Assembly: GCA_964016885.1 (NCBI GenBank)
Contig: OZ024741.1
Location: forward strand, 109,616,001-109,680,000
Origin: Eledone cirrhosa
Taxonomy: Eukaryota
Reading direction: 5' to 3'
Length of the DNA stretch: 64,000 nt
How positions within the stretch are numbered: position 1 is the first letter of the stretch; the number at the start of each line of letters is the position of its first letter. Below are positions 1 to 10,655 of this stretch, piece by piece. The notes beneath the pieces are model-generated. The model searched no databases. It saw only the letters and a program-made list of their open reading frames with translations, and was not told the DNA's origin. A program made the position numbers and the translations under genes.

Positions 1-3000
1 TACAGGCGCATGATCAGAGTAGGCCCACTCACGCGGGCCATTCTCGCCACATTCACCCACCTTTCAGTAAATGTACTGGGGGGCAGCACTTCTCTCTCCA
101 CCCTCACCTTCCTTTCCAAGTGAAACTTGAAGAAGTTGATGAGGGATTGGCCGAAGAGAAAAGTGTCTGTCTTCAGTCCTTTTAACCTGGTCCACCATGC
201 AACCTCTTTCGCTACTGCCACCAGGCAGAGGAAAATTGCCTGCCCTTCCTGACCAAAAGAAGGCGGCGGGTCAATCTTCACTATGGACTCGGACGATAGC
301 CGGATCCGTTCTACACGCGACAATAGCTGTTCGACATAACCCCACAAGTCAGCAATGCACGGACACTGGACGAGTGCGTGCAGAACGGTTTCGTCGCTCT
401 GCGCGCATCTCGGGCAGGTTCGTCTGACAGCACTTCCGTGCCTGTAGAGTTTATCCCGAACCGGCAGCGCCGCCCGGTAGCACTGCCAAGCGAGGGATTT
501 CTGGAAGTTATCCATCGTCCCCGGCTCGAAAGTCCTCCGGAACATACTGGTCAGTTCTACTTCGTTGACGCCCAGAGCCTCTCCTAGTACGTCATCGCAC
601 TTGCCCTCCACTAATCCTCTATAGAAATCTTGAGTGGAAGTTCCACTGACCGCATTGCCCACCTTGCAGAGTGCAGTGAGCGCCTGGCAACATTCCAGAT
701 GCCAGTCGCCCAGTCTCGGTCTCTTCTTGACCCAGGACTGCAGCTCAGTCAAAGAGATGAGCTGCGGAAAGGCCCGTCTAACAAACGGCGACCACACCTG
801 TTCACCGTTTAGGCAAAATATCTGGAGATGTCGCAGCCTCAGCGCATGTCTGCGCATCATTAGCCACGGCATGCCCAGCCCTCCACGAAGAGGGTGCTGG
901 CAGCAGATGGACCGACTCACCAACGGGACCCGTCCCCTCCACAAAAATTTGAAAAGGAGCCGTTCCAAATTGGCGAGGCGTGGACGGGGGCAAGGCACGA
1001 CGGTCAGGCGGTAGTAGATGACGGACGCGATGTACGCGTTCGCCACCTCCGCCCGCCCTTTCAGTGATAGCTTTCTCTCAGCCCATTTCTGGGTGAGGTT
1101 GGCTATCCTGCTCGTCACCTCGTCCCAATTCTTATCCACCTGGAGGTCTGGTCCGAACCAAACCCCGAGCAACTTTACCGGTCCGTCTGTCCAGCGCCCA
1201 ACGACGCTGTTGGACGGCATGGACTTGCCTCCCCAGGTGCCGAGCTGCAAGCCCACCGACTTTTCCGGGTTAAGTTTTGCTCCCGTCAACCTTTCATATT
1301 CCTCCAAATGGGTGCGGATCACCTCGATTTCCGAGGTGTCCGACACCATCACGGTGATGTCGTCCGCATAAGCGGACGCAGCCTTTCTACGTCCCGGTTC
1401 GAGCGGGATGCCCTGCAACAACTCCAGCTTCCGCAGTAGAGGCTCAAGAGTCAATACGTACAGAAGTGAGGAGAGAGGGCACCCTTGACGGACCGATCGA
1501 GAGATCTGAAACGGTTCCGAGAGGTGGCCATTAACTTTGACCACCGAGCAGATGCCGCTGTACATTGCAGCGATCCAGCTTCTGAAGACGGGGCCGAAGC
1601 CAGCCGCCTCGAGGACAGCCTCCAAGTACCGATGGTCGACCCTATCGAATGCTTTCGATTGATCTAAATTGATCAGAGCCCCACCGAAGCCAGGTTTGCA
1701 CCCAACCCTCTCTATGATGTATCGCATGAGGTGGAGGTTGTCGTGTATGGACCTGGTCGGGATTGCGCAAGTTTGCGCCTCCCCAACCAAATCTTTGACG
1801 ACAAGCGCCAACCTTTTCGCTAACACCTTGGCCAAAATCTTAAACTCTGTGTTGAGCAGGGTTATGGGCCTGAAATTATCTAGTGTGTCCCTCTTGTTCT
1901 CGTCTTTCCTTATCAGCGTCACTACGCCACGGCTCACAGAACTGGGAATGCTCCCGTTCTGCTGCCAGTTGCAGTAGAGCGCTTCGAGGAGATCGGAGAA
2001 CAAGTCTGGCATATTTACGTAAAGCTCGTAGGGCAGACCATCCAAACCGGGTGACTTGCGACTCGAGCAGCCGACAAGGGCGTCCTGAATTTCGACTGAT
2101 GTTATCGGCTCTTCGCAGCGCTCAGCGTCGGCCGTCGAGAGGCGTGGCAAGCCGTCGAGGTAGGGACTGAAGTCCGCCGCCGTCTCCGACTCACCCATCC
2201 TCCCGAACAATCGAGCAAAGTGCTGGCGAAAGGCCTCACACATCTGCTTGGAATCGCTCAGTTCGTGTCCATCTCGATCCGTCAAAGACCGAATTGTGGT
2301 TTTATTTCCACGCTGCGTCTCTGCAAAGCGAGCCCATCGGGCAGCTTTGGTTCCCTCGTTCCTCAGAGCACGCGCCTTAGCTCTGACAATGCAACCTTCG
2401 TGTTTCGCATTGAAGAAATGGTCTAGTGCCATTCTCGCCGCTAGCACGTCTGTTGCAATGCCACTACAAATAGCCTCGTCTAACTTAGCTATCAGCCCCT
2501 CCTCCTTTCTATTTTTCTCTATTGCTACTTCTTTGCTAAATCCTATCGAGGTTGCTCTAATCTCTCTTTTGAGTGCCCCCCACCACCTGTTGTTGACAAC
2601 CCCCCCTGTCAACTTTTGCTTAACTAAGTTGTTGACCCGGTCCCTGTAAGCTTTACGTGCCGGAAACGACATGTTTAGCTTCCAGTAGCTAGGTCCTAAC
2701 CTACGTGTCTTATCTAGGTCGACCATACAGATCACAAGCTTGTGATCTGAATAGGCAACCGTTTTAAAATGTGGACATCCTACACTATTTCTATCTCTTT
2801 TCCTAATGAAAATCCTATCTATGTACGATCTAGATGACCCTATGCGATTGGTCCAGGTCCATACTGGCGCATTAGGGAAATCTAGTCGGTACCTGTCAGA
2901 CAGTTGAAACTGGCTGATCAGGTACTTGAGGCTTTTGCACCCCCCGCTCCTATCAGATACTCCCACACAATCCCAGCGTGCTTCTAAGATGCCATTCCAA

Positions 3001-3419
3001 TCCCCTATTAACAGTAAAGGGCGAGACGTAAGCAGAAAGTTTTCCAGGCGCCTAAAGAAGTCCGGCCGACCGGCCCCAGTAGGGGCGTAGACGGCCACCA
3101 GTCTAAAGGCACCACCTTCGCTATTGCTCACGTCCAGGACCACCAACTTTCCGTCAGGATCCCGGAAGATTGACCTTACCTCGAGATCCAGACATTTCCT
3201 AAACAGCACAGCCACTCCACCTCCCATTCCCGGCCGACTAACAGATGCAAAGATCTGATAATCGTCGAAAATCGGCGCCAGTGCGCGTGTGTCGGAAATT
3301 CTGGTCTCGCTGATGGCAATTACATCCATTCCTAGTGACCTGAGGTCGTTGAGCAAGTGACCTTGCTTCCAGGGCGACCCCAGGCCACGAACATTTAAAC
3401 TTCCTACTCTTATGGCCAT
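1..3419 (-). CDS. ORF2: AP endonuclease + reverse transcriptase + C-terminal Cys/His domain, ~1139 codons, apparently uninterrupted
   Basis: Starts MAIRVGSLNVRGL...IAISETR (APE). YADD at 1370-1359 is in the same frame as the ATG at 3419. The frame ends CTG TA at the window edge (copy 2 ends CTG TAG). Its absence from the ORF track is consistent with no stop inside the window. Confidence 0.88.
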   Translation of the reverse strand, partial: MAIRVGSLNVRGLGSPWKQGHLLNDLRSLGMDVIAISETRISDTRALAPIFDDYQIFASVSRPGMGGGVAVLFRKCLDLEVRSIFRDPDGKLVVLDVSNSEGGAFRLVAVYAPTGAGRPDFFRRLENFLLTSRPLLLIGDWNGILEARWDCVGVSDRSGGCKSLKYLISQFQLSDRYRLDFPNAPVWTWTNRIGSSRSYIDRIFIRKRDRNSVGCPHFKTVAYSDHKLVICMVDLDKTRRLGPSYWKLNMSFPARKAYRDRVNNLVKQKLTGGVVNNRWWGALKREIRATSIGFSKEVAIEKNRKEEGLIAKLDEAICSGIATDVLAARMALDHFFNAKHEGCIVRAKARALRNEGTKAARWARFAETQRGNKTTIRSLTDRDGHELSDSKQMCEAFRQHFARLFGRMGESETAADFSPYLDGLPRLSTADAERCEEPITSVEIQDALVGCSSRKSPGLDGLPYELYVNMPDLFSDLLEALYCNWQQNGSIPSSVSRGVVTLIRKDENKRDTLDNFRPITLLNTEFKILAKVLAKRLALVVKDLVGEAQTCAIPTRSIHDNLHLMRYIIERVGCKPGFGGALINLDQSKAFDRVDHRYLEAVLEAAGFGPVFRSWIAAMYSGICSVVKVNGHLSEPFQISRSVRQGCPLSSLLYVLTLEPLLRKLELLQGIPLEPGRRKAASAYADDITVMVSDTSEIEVIRTHLEEYERLTGAKLNPEKSVGLQLGTWGGKSMPSNSVVGRWTDGPVKLLGVWFGPDLQVDKNWDEVTSRIANLTQKWAERKLSLKGRAEVANAYIASVIYYRLTVVPCPRPRLANLERLLFKFLWRGRVPLVSRSICCQHPLRGGLGMPWLMMRRHALRLRHLQIFCLNGEQVWSPFVRRAFPQLISLTELQSWVKKRPRLGDWHLECCQALTALCKVGNAVSGTSTQDFYRGLVEGKCDDVLGEALGVNEVELTSMFRRTFEPGTMDNFQKSLAWQCYRAALPVRDKLYRHGSAVRRTCPRCAQSDETVLHALVQCPCIADLWGYVEQLLSRVERIRLSSESIVKIDPPPSFGQEGQAIFLCLVAVAKEVAWWTRLKGLKTDTFLFGQSLINFFKFHLERKVRVEREVLPPSTFTERWVNVARMARVSGPTLIMRL

Positions 3420-3448
3420 GCTGGCAGGATGAATGGGAGAGGAAAGGT

Positions 3449-5428
3449 TTACTTACCTTCCGGGGTCTTGTGAAGGTCGGGTGGTTCGACCTCCATGGTT
3501 TGTGGGGTTTCTTTTGGGAACCCCTTTAATAGTCTTGACGTGGGTTTTACGTTCGGGGTTCCCACATCCCGAGGAAAGCTCTTTCGAATTTCTTTGTATG
3601 AAGCGAGCGACATTCGCATCAGAAGCAAATTATCTGGTACGCGAAATGTGCTCGCTTCAAATGTTTCCCCGTCTTTTTCGATGTTTGTGCTTCGTGCTAC
3701 ATGGGCCATCAATTCCTTGTTGGCCCTTCTGGCAAGAACGAAGTTTTTAATGTTTTGTTGCTCGGGTTTTATTTGTTCGTGTGATTGTGGTGGTGATAGC
3801 TTTGTTAGTGTTGTTTCTATTGTGTCTGCGTTTGTTGTGGGTGGGGTGTCTGTAGTTTCTGATGTTTGTGTGTCTATTTGTTCTTGTGTCTGTTTAGCTT
3901 GTTTGCGTTTGGGGGATTTTGGTGGTTGTGTTGGTGATGCTGTGGGGAAAATGTTTGTGTGGGTGGTGTGTGTATTTTTTTTTGTGGGGGTGTTTGTGCT
4001 TTGTGGATTTCTTTTTTTTTTGTGTTTTGTTTTTTGTATTTTGGGGGACTTTGGTTTTCCCTCATCTTCACTGCTGGAGGATGAGGGGTCTGTGGCTGTG
4101 AGCGTGTTTGTGTCTGAGTGAGTGTTTATGTTCTTGTTCGTGTGTGTATTTTGGGGGGGAGGGGGAATGGGAGAGCTTTCCTCGTTTCCCCCCTGGGTGT
4201 GCAATTTTGGTGGTTCCATTGTTGACGGTGTTGCTGGTGGTCCTTGTCCCGGCGTCGCCAGCAGTGGAATCTTTCGACCCCTTGCGCTTTTCGGCAGTTG
4301 AGGGCAGAAGGCTCGCAAGTGTGTCGTTTCCCCCCAAAGGAAACAATGCGGCCTTTTGCCCTCGGTCATTATATGCAACACCCTCCCGTTTTGGAGGCGG
4401 ATGTGGTCCGGGATTGCTTTTACGTTTTCGGGTCTGATTTGGAGCAGTATCTCCAGATCAACCCCGGACCAGTCGTCCCTGGCAGTTCTCGTTGCCTCTA
4501 CCGGGACTGTATCCGTTCCTTCCACGATTACGCAACCCAGGAGCCACCACATATCAAGTCCTGGTGGAATCCTGGGAATGCGCACACGTGCTATTCGTTT
4601 TCCCATGTGGGAGGGGTACATTATAACCTTGCTGGTTTTGCAAGGGGTCATTGAATGCTTCACAGCGAGGGCTTCAGACTTGAACAGCACCGAAACGGTG
4701 CCGTATTGCCTGCCCCTCTCTATGAAGTCTGTGTCCTCTCTGATGTATTTCAGTGCGGCTTCTATATCAGCTTGGGCGATTATCGCTGCCCTCTTTGTCT
4801 CTACTGAGATGCATCTGAAATGCACCGTTCTTTTTTCCACTGCCTCAATGGCTTCTGCCGGGACAGTTAAGTTTGCCCAGGTCTGCTCTTGATTTATGAT
4901 TTTCCAGGCCTGGGCCAACTTTTCCTCTCTGTTGGTTAAGTCGATGCTGTAGCATGGTCTCCTTTTAGCCGCTGCCACAGCAGCGAAGGTGTTCTTGTTG
5001 GTGTTGTCACTGTTGTTGTTCTTGTTGGTGTTGCTGCTGCTATTGCTGTTGTTGTTCTCCCCTGTGTCGTGGTTACCCTCTGTGCTGTTGGCCTTGTTGG
5101 TGCTGTTGCTGTCGCTACTATTACTCTCTGTGCTGTTTGTTTTGTTGGTGCTCTCGCTATTACCACCTTCTGCGCTGTTCGGCTTGTTGGTGTTGGTGTT
5201 GTCGCTGTTACCACCTTCCGCGCCGCTCGGCCCGTTGGTGCTGGCACTGTCGCTGCTCACATTCGTGCTGGTGGCGCTCCTCGCCTCACCTCTCCTCTCA
5301 ACGCTCAAGTCGCCGTTGCACGACAGCAGACCCGCCTCTAGGGGGCGTGGCTCCGCCATGTTTTTTTGAGAAAAAAATTTTTTTTTTTTTTCAAAATAAA
5401 GTTCAAATATTTGGGCCAAAAGGCCCAA
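3449..5428 (-). CDS. ORF1 gag-like nucleic-acid-binding protein
   Basis: 659-aa ORF with an N/S/T-rich N-terminus, a zinc-knuckle-like CFLWGETTHLRAFC (second Cys is Trp) and a Pro/Thr/Lys-rich tail; similar to ORF1 of copy 2. Confidence 0.85.
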   Translation of the reverse strand: MGLLAQIFELYFEKKKKFFSQKNMAEPRPLEAGLLSCNGDLSVERRGEARSATSTNVSSDSASTNGPSGAEGGNSDNTNTNKPNSAEGGNSESTNKTNSTESNSSDSNSTNKANSTEGNHDTGENNNSNSSSNTNKNNNSDNTNKNTFAAVAAAKRRPCYSIDLTNREEKLAQAWKIINQEQTWANLTVPAEAIEAVEKRTVHFRCISVETKRAAIIAQADIEAALKYIREDTDFIERGRQYGTVSVLFKSEALAVKHSMTPCKTSKVIMYPSHMGKRIARVRIPRIPPGLDMWWLLGCVIVEGTDTVPVEATRTARDDWSGVDLEILLQIRPENVKAIPDHIRLQNGRVLHIMTEGKRPHCFLWGETTHLRAFCPQLPKSARGRKIPLLATPGQGPPATPSTMEPPKLHTQGGNEESSPIPPPPQNTHTNKNINTHSDTNTLTATDPSSSSSEDEGKPKSPKIQKTKHKKKRNPQSTNTPTKKNTHTTHTNIFPTASPTQPPKSPKRKQAKQTQEQIDTQTSETTDTPPTTNADTIETTLTKLSPPQSHEQIKPEQQNIKNFVLARRANKELMAHVARSTNIEKDGETFEASTFRVPDNLLLMRMSLASYKEIRKSFPRDVGTPNVKPTSRLLKGFPKETPQTMEVEPPDLHKTPEGK

Positions 5429-5569
5429 ATATTATGAGTTATTCCTTCACAGGATACAAATTAATGTCTTATAATGCTTCAGCGGTACAAAAAATAAACA
5501 ATTCTCTACAATTAATCCTCAAAAATTGCTTACTCACGGAGCTTCAAAAAACGTACATCCACTTTCGTC

Positions 5570-5772
5570 AATAATAATAATAATAATAATAATGGTTTCT
5601 TATATAGGCACAAGGCCAGCAAGTTTGGGGGAGGGGAAAATCGATTAAATCGACCCCAGTGCATGATTGGTACTTTATTTTATCGACCCCGTAAGGATGA
5701 AAGGCAAAGTTAACCTCGGCGGGATTTGAACTCAGATCATAAAGGGAGGTAACTCTATGCTTCAAAGCATCG
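5570..5772 (-). mobile_element. tRNA-derived SINE (resembles Octopus OK/OR-type) with (AAT)n tail
   Basis: Core aaggatgaaaggcaaagttaacctcggcgggatttgaactcag, including a B-box-like gagttcaaatcc on the minus strand; recurs about ten times in the window. Confidence 0.85.
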
Positions 5773-5838
5773 CGAATAATATATATATAATATTAAAATA
5801 TAAGTATTAATAAAATAGATGTTCTTTTGATCAATTAC

Positions 5839-5891
5839 ATTTTATTATACATATTTTGGATGTACAACAGTACGTCCTCATCAGACAAAAT
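5839..5891 (-). ncRNA. Decayed type I minimal hammerhead ribozyme
   Basis: auuuugu CUGAUGA GGACGUAC uguu GUACAUCC AAAA UAUGU AUA auaaaau. Stems I and II pair; G12 is mutated to A; lies between (TA)n tracts. Confidence 0.6.
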
Positions 5892-6208
5892 ACCCTGAGA
5901 TGTTAAATGGTTAAGATTTAATCAGGGTAGTTCTTTGACATAATCATTAAATATAGTTTAATATATATATATATATATAGGAAAAGAGAGTCAGGACCCC
6001 ACATTGATACCTATGCGTGTGTGTGTGCGCGCGCGTGTGTGTGTGTGTGCGCGCGCGTGTGTGTGTGTGTGTATGCTGAAAGTTCATTACCTGAAAGGTT
6101 CATAGGCTGAACAAGATAAACCTTATTTGGTCGCTCCCTCTTCGAGGCTCGTGAAATAAATACGTTTGTTTATATTTTGTTATTGTGTATGCAAAAATAT
6201 CTGTACAC

Positions 6209-6260
<52 letters not shown>

Positions 6261-6267
<7 letters not shown>

Positions 6268-6378
6268 TAACAGATTAAAGTTTAAGCAAAATTTCGCTGC
6301 TTTCACCCTTAAAGGGATCTTCTGAAACTAAAAAAATCAATCTGTGAATGCAGAAGTAAATATTTCGAAAAACGTTAC
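6261..6378 (+). repeat. 5' fragment of the dispersed 'attaaaataacagattaaagtttaagc' family (Helitron-associated)
   Basis: Same sequence at 24838, 27030-27507(-), 59461 and at the start of the CTAG-terminated element 55895-56883. Confidence 0.7.
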
Positions 6379-6539
6379 ACACTATATATACATACGCACA
6401 CTATATATACATATATACACACACACAGATAGTGTCATAATGTCGTAATGCAGACAGCCAGACATACCGACAGATATTATTAGGGCGCGACGTTATAACT
6501 ATGTATCTATCTAAAAAGACAGACTAAGAAAAAGAGAGA

Positions 6540-6717
6540 GAGATCGCTAAATCGCCTAATGCAGGGCATTGAAAATTTGCAATTTTATTTGCTCAAAACA
6601 CTCACAGGGCTATAAGTATTACATGTGTAAAGTTTGAAAACAATCGGTTGGGTGGTTCTCGAGTTTTAGTGATCGGACAGACAGACAGACAGACATTCTC
6701 TGTTTTAGATATATAGA
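6540..6717 (-). mobile_element. 5' part of non-autonomous Helitron
   Basis: Minus strand begins TCTATATATCTAAAACAGAGAATG(TCTG)n; same family as 31244-31973. Confidence 0.7.
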
Positions 6718-7464
6718 TGACGGTGGGTTATAAATTATCTTTGTAGAAGAAGCCGCAGCTCCTTGCGTTACTCTTGCTTTCTTTCGCCAATAAGTTTCTT
6801 CTTAGACAAGAAATTCTTTCGGGTTTTGTTCCTTTAGCGTAGATTAATCTGTTGATCTGGTTTAACACTACCATCTGACCTTTGGGTAAGTTTGGAGGAG
6901 TCTATTCCGTCTATAATACTGGAGCCAGATTAACCGTTTGAAGATAATCTCTTCCCTTCCTCTCACTAGTCTCATGAGGCCTTCCAAATAAGTGTACATG
7001 CTTCTTTTCCTTTCCTGATAAGCCATTAAAAGGAAAATTCCTGATGGCCCTTGTCAGTTCTTCTAAGTATATACAGAAAGGCTCTAAAGCAGTCGACTCA
7101 AACTCAAAAATTCAAAAGGCTCATTATGTCCTGGGGAAGATATAGAGCTGGCCAAATATGAAATGAGGGTGAGGGCATGATTTTCACCAGTTACAATGCA
7201 ATACAACTGATAGGCTGCTATTTATTTATTTATTTTAATTGACCTATTTATTTGTTTTTCTAAAAATGAATACGCATATGATAGTAAGCGGGATATTTGA
7301 ATTAGTGAACAAGTTAGGATAACAAATTGTCCGTTTTAAATTTTCTTTAATTAAGATTTGTTAAATTTTGGTAACTGCCTTTTTTTCCGTTTTCACTTTT
7401 GAGAAATCCGTGTTTGTCATTTCATTACATTTCAGATGTAAATTGCAATAAATTGTACTATAAA

Positions 7465-7675
7465 TATTGGTTTCTGCACAAGACCAACAATTTTGGGTGA
7501 GGGGGAAGTCGATGAAATCACCCCAGTACATTACTGGTACTTTATTTTATCGAACCCGTAAGGATAAAACGCAAAGCTAACCTCGGAAGGGTTTTAATTC
7601 AGATCGTAAAGGGCTGTAACCCTATGCCATAAAGCATGTTGTCCGACTCTCTACCGATACTGTCAATCCACCGTT
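7465..7675 (-). mobile_element. SINE copy
   Basis: Matches the SINE at 5590-5772 and 17724-17907. Confidence 0.85.
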
Positions 7676-7689
7676 GTTTTATTGTACAA

Positions 7690-7956
7690 TCTATATACTA
7701 CTAAAACTCAGTGATTGCTTGCTTGTCTGTAATGTAATACAGCCAAAAGGGTGCATTATGGGAAAATACTTTGAAAGGAAACTGATCCTGAAATAGGAAT
7801 ACAAATGGAATAAAACAAGTTTCGCGTAAATCGGTGCACGGGTTCCCGAGATATGGGGGTTTTCCGGGTACCTTCATGAACAGATATAGAGAGAGAAAGA
7901 TAGAGAGAAAGACACAGTGGTTGTAAGAGAGTAGGAGAAGAGACAGAGAAGGACAA

Positions 7957-7994
<38 letters not shown>

Positions 7995-8106
7995 GGTGGT
8001 GTTGTGTATAAATATATATGTATGTGTGTATATATGTTAGTGTGTATAAATATATATGTGTGTGTCTATCACCAGTGTATATAGATCACAGACACCCACA
8101 TATATT

Positions 8107-8147
<41 letters not shown>

Positions 8148-8335
8148 GCATACACACACACACATATTTATATATATACATTCACACACGTATATATATG
8201 GGCCTTCCGGCTTCATTTCACATTATATACATGTATGCGTAAATTTTAATTATTTAAAAATTATTTTTAAGTGAACATGATTTTAAAAAATATATTTTGA
8301 AGTGAACGTGACCTAACGGGTCACAGGTGATCTAT
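7690..8335 (+). mobile_element. Non-autonomous Helitron with internal microsatellites
   Basis: 5' TCTATATACTACTAAAA; 3' hairpin gtgacc-taacg-ggtcac then CTAT (CTAG variant); second copy of the 5' part at 58095-58285(-). Confidence 0.6.
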
Positions 8336-8477
8336 TAAATATTAAAATTGGGACAAATTACCAAATTTTTTGGAAAACATTTGTCACGAAAATTATTCTG
8401 TCACGCGCTAAAGAAAAGTAGGTTGCGGGCCACATGCGGCACCTATGCGGCGTATTTGAGACCCCTATTTTAAGGAA

Positions 8478-8900
8478 TCCTTGATGGATGTCAAATTTCC
8501 AAGTAAACTAATGGAAGATATAATATATCCTATCCATAAGAGAGGAAGTAGAGCAGATGTTAAAAATTACAGATTTAAACTAACTTCTTTGACTTTACGT
8601 CAGCAAAGTCATGGAAGGAATTGTCAGTGATAAACTGATTACATTTTTAGAGGAAGAGGATTAGTTAAGCGCTACGCAGCACGATCTCATTCTATGTAAA
8701 AGCTATATCATTTGGTTGTTGTGTCATTATGAATAGAAGATGAGACTGCTTGCTATATCACCTTGTATCAGTATGACTAGAAACTGAGACAGCTGCTCAA
8801 TCAATCAATCATCTCGTTTTTGCCAAGGCTTCCAACAAAGTTAATGATGACATTATGTATCACAATCTACGTGTACTCAGCCTAGTTAGAAAAGTAGGAG
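8478..8900 (+). pseudogene. CR1/L2-like RT fragment
   Basis: Translates to IYPIHKRGSRADVKNYR...KVMEGIVSDKLITFLEE...TQH with stops and frameshifts. Confidence 0.7.
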
Positions 8901-9341
8901 AGTGCTCATATAACAATATAAATACCAATTTATAATGTCATACAAGCAGTAACACCTTCTCTAGCGACAACCTGCTGCATTTAACGAATAACGCAGGCTT
9001 TGCTGCTAGTCAGGCCAAAGAGGGTAAACAATCGAAGTATCAGTCGCTCTCAGATAGGTTTGTGGTCAAACCTGTCGCAGTGGAAGCCTCCTGCGTTCTT
9101 GTCCTCTGGATCACTTCTCTATTCACTACTATTGTGGTGGAGTTTGCCACCCGCAGGAGCGAGTCCTACAAGTTACAATGGTTATTCGGGTGCATCACCC
9201 TCCCCATCCTTCGGGGCAATGTTTTCTCCATGCACTGGAACCACGAGATAGCCTGCTCAAGAGCGGCCATACACTACATGTCAAACCCTCACCGCCTCGA
9301 CACCGCACCACGGGGGTAGCGATGTTAACTACTTTTTAGAA

Positions 9342-9635
9342 CAAGCATGGGCAACCTTTTTCGAGAAGCGGGCCATATGAGATATGGCTCATCATCAAGT
9401 GGGCCGCAAGCGCTAATTTACATTCGTGCCCATATTTTAAAAAAAGGGGCGGTAACTCAGGGTTTTTTTTTATTTGTTTCTTCGGAATTCGTGCACGTTG
9501 TTTTCCTCGATCGTAAAATGACAGAAAGATAAATTACGACTGAAAATTTGGGACAAAAAAATCAGAAAGATTTCACTTTAAGTGACTTAAGCGAGCCAAT
9601 CAGAAAGCTTCGGGGGCCGCAGTTGCCCATGACTG
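9342..9635. mobile_element. hAT (Charlie-like) MITE
   Basis: TIRs caagcatgggcaac / gttgcccatgactg; 8-bp flanks ttttagaa / cttgagaa; subterminal gggccgca motifs. Confidence 0.75.
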
Positions 9636-9698
9636 CTTGAGAAGCTGTATTCTCTTCTGCCTTATGACATAAAATATCTCAATGAAATATAGTAATAT

Positions 9699-9957
9699 TT
9701 AATATAAAGAGTGGTGTGCTTATGCACGGATATGCTATAAGATTGCTTACAAAATAGGGTGAAGACCTTTAGAAACGGAAAAAGAAGTTGCCATCGGTCG
9801 CTCCTGAACCTTTTACCTCTCAGATTTGGGAGAAATACGGTTCGATTCCACGTAGCCGCCGATAGCAACTTCTTTTTCCGTTTCTAATGGTTTTCACCCT
9901 ATTTTGTAAGCTATTTTATAGCTGCTCCGTGAATGAACGCACCACTCTTTATATTAA
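9699..9957. repeat. Fold-back element with ~105-bp imperfect arms
   Basis: ttaatataaagagtggtg...gaagttgccatcgg pairs with ccgatagcaacttc...caccactctttatattaa. Confidence 0.9.
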
Positions 9958-10284
9958 CTGTAGTGACTAGGCATTCCATAAACGTCCAAGAGATCAGCTA
10001 CGTATATGTCTGTTTACACAGTAATATTTATTCTAATATAAACGTTAAAAAATATATAAATCAAGACTGAAAAAGAGCAACAGGTTCTTTGTACGTTCTT
10101 TCGTGTCTCAAATTGTTGCTTATAGTATCTAATATCATTCTATGTTAATGCTCTTATAATTTAATTCATTTATTATATGAAAGTGGTTGCATAACGTTTT
10201 AAGTAAATAAGTCAAGCTGTTTTATCCAGCAGACTTGCTTGTTCAAAAACGGTAATACTCGTATGTGTGGAATGCTCAAGGGAG

Positions 10285-10655
10285 ACTGTCGTGTAGTCAT
10301 TACTGATTCTAGTATCTGTTGGACATGGTATGGTCCCGTAACTTCTGGGGGAGTCGTAGGGGCGCTGTATGACATACGACGTTTCTTGGGAATTTAAAGC
10401 CTGGTGGAGCCCATCCGTCCCCAGGCCTGAGTACAGCAGATTCCTTCCAGAGAAAGATAGAAAAATGAGAGAGAGAGAGAGGTGGGGGGATGAAAAAGAG
10501 ATATGGAGGAAAAATCCACCCCAGTACTTTTTTTCTATCGAACTCGAAAGGATGAAAGTCAAAGTTGACCGCGTTGGGATTTGAATTCGGAGAGGAGAGA
10601 ACCGAACGAATACCCTAATGCATTCTATGCGACGTTCTAACAACTCTGCCTCTTC
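10285..10655 (-). mobile_element. SINE head/core fused to an alternative 3' tail
   Basis: SINE core at 10520-10650 plus a segment (gagcccat...cagattccttccagagaa) shared with 19035-19365. Confidence 0.6.

Larger units (their letters stand above)
1..5569 (-). mobile_element. Tx1/L1-clade non-LTR retrotransposon, copy 1 (3' end beyond window)
   Basis: Gag-like ORF1 followed by APE-RT ORF2 on the minus strand; 5' end abuts the (AAT)n tail of a SINE at ~5570; homologous to 48167-53813. Confidence 0.93.

Noticed and set aside
197-5574. Plus-strand ORFs over Tx1 copy 1
   Set aside because: Antisense shadows of the minus-strand ORFs.
6740-7200. Possible decayed retroelement coding fragment
   Set aside because: No motif could be identified with confidence.
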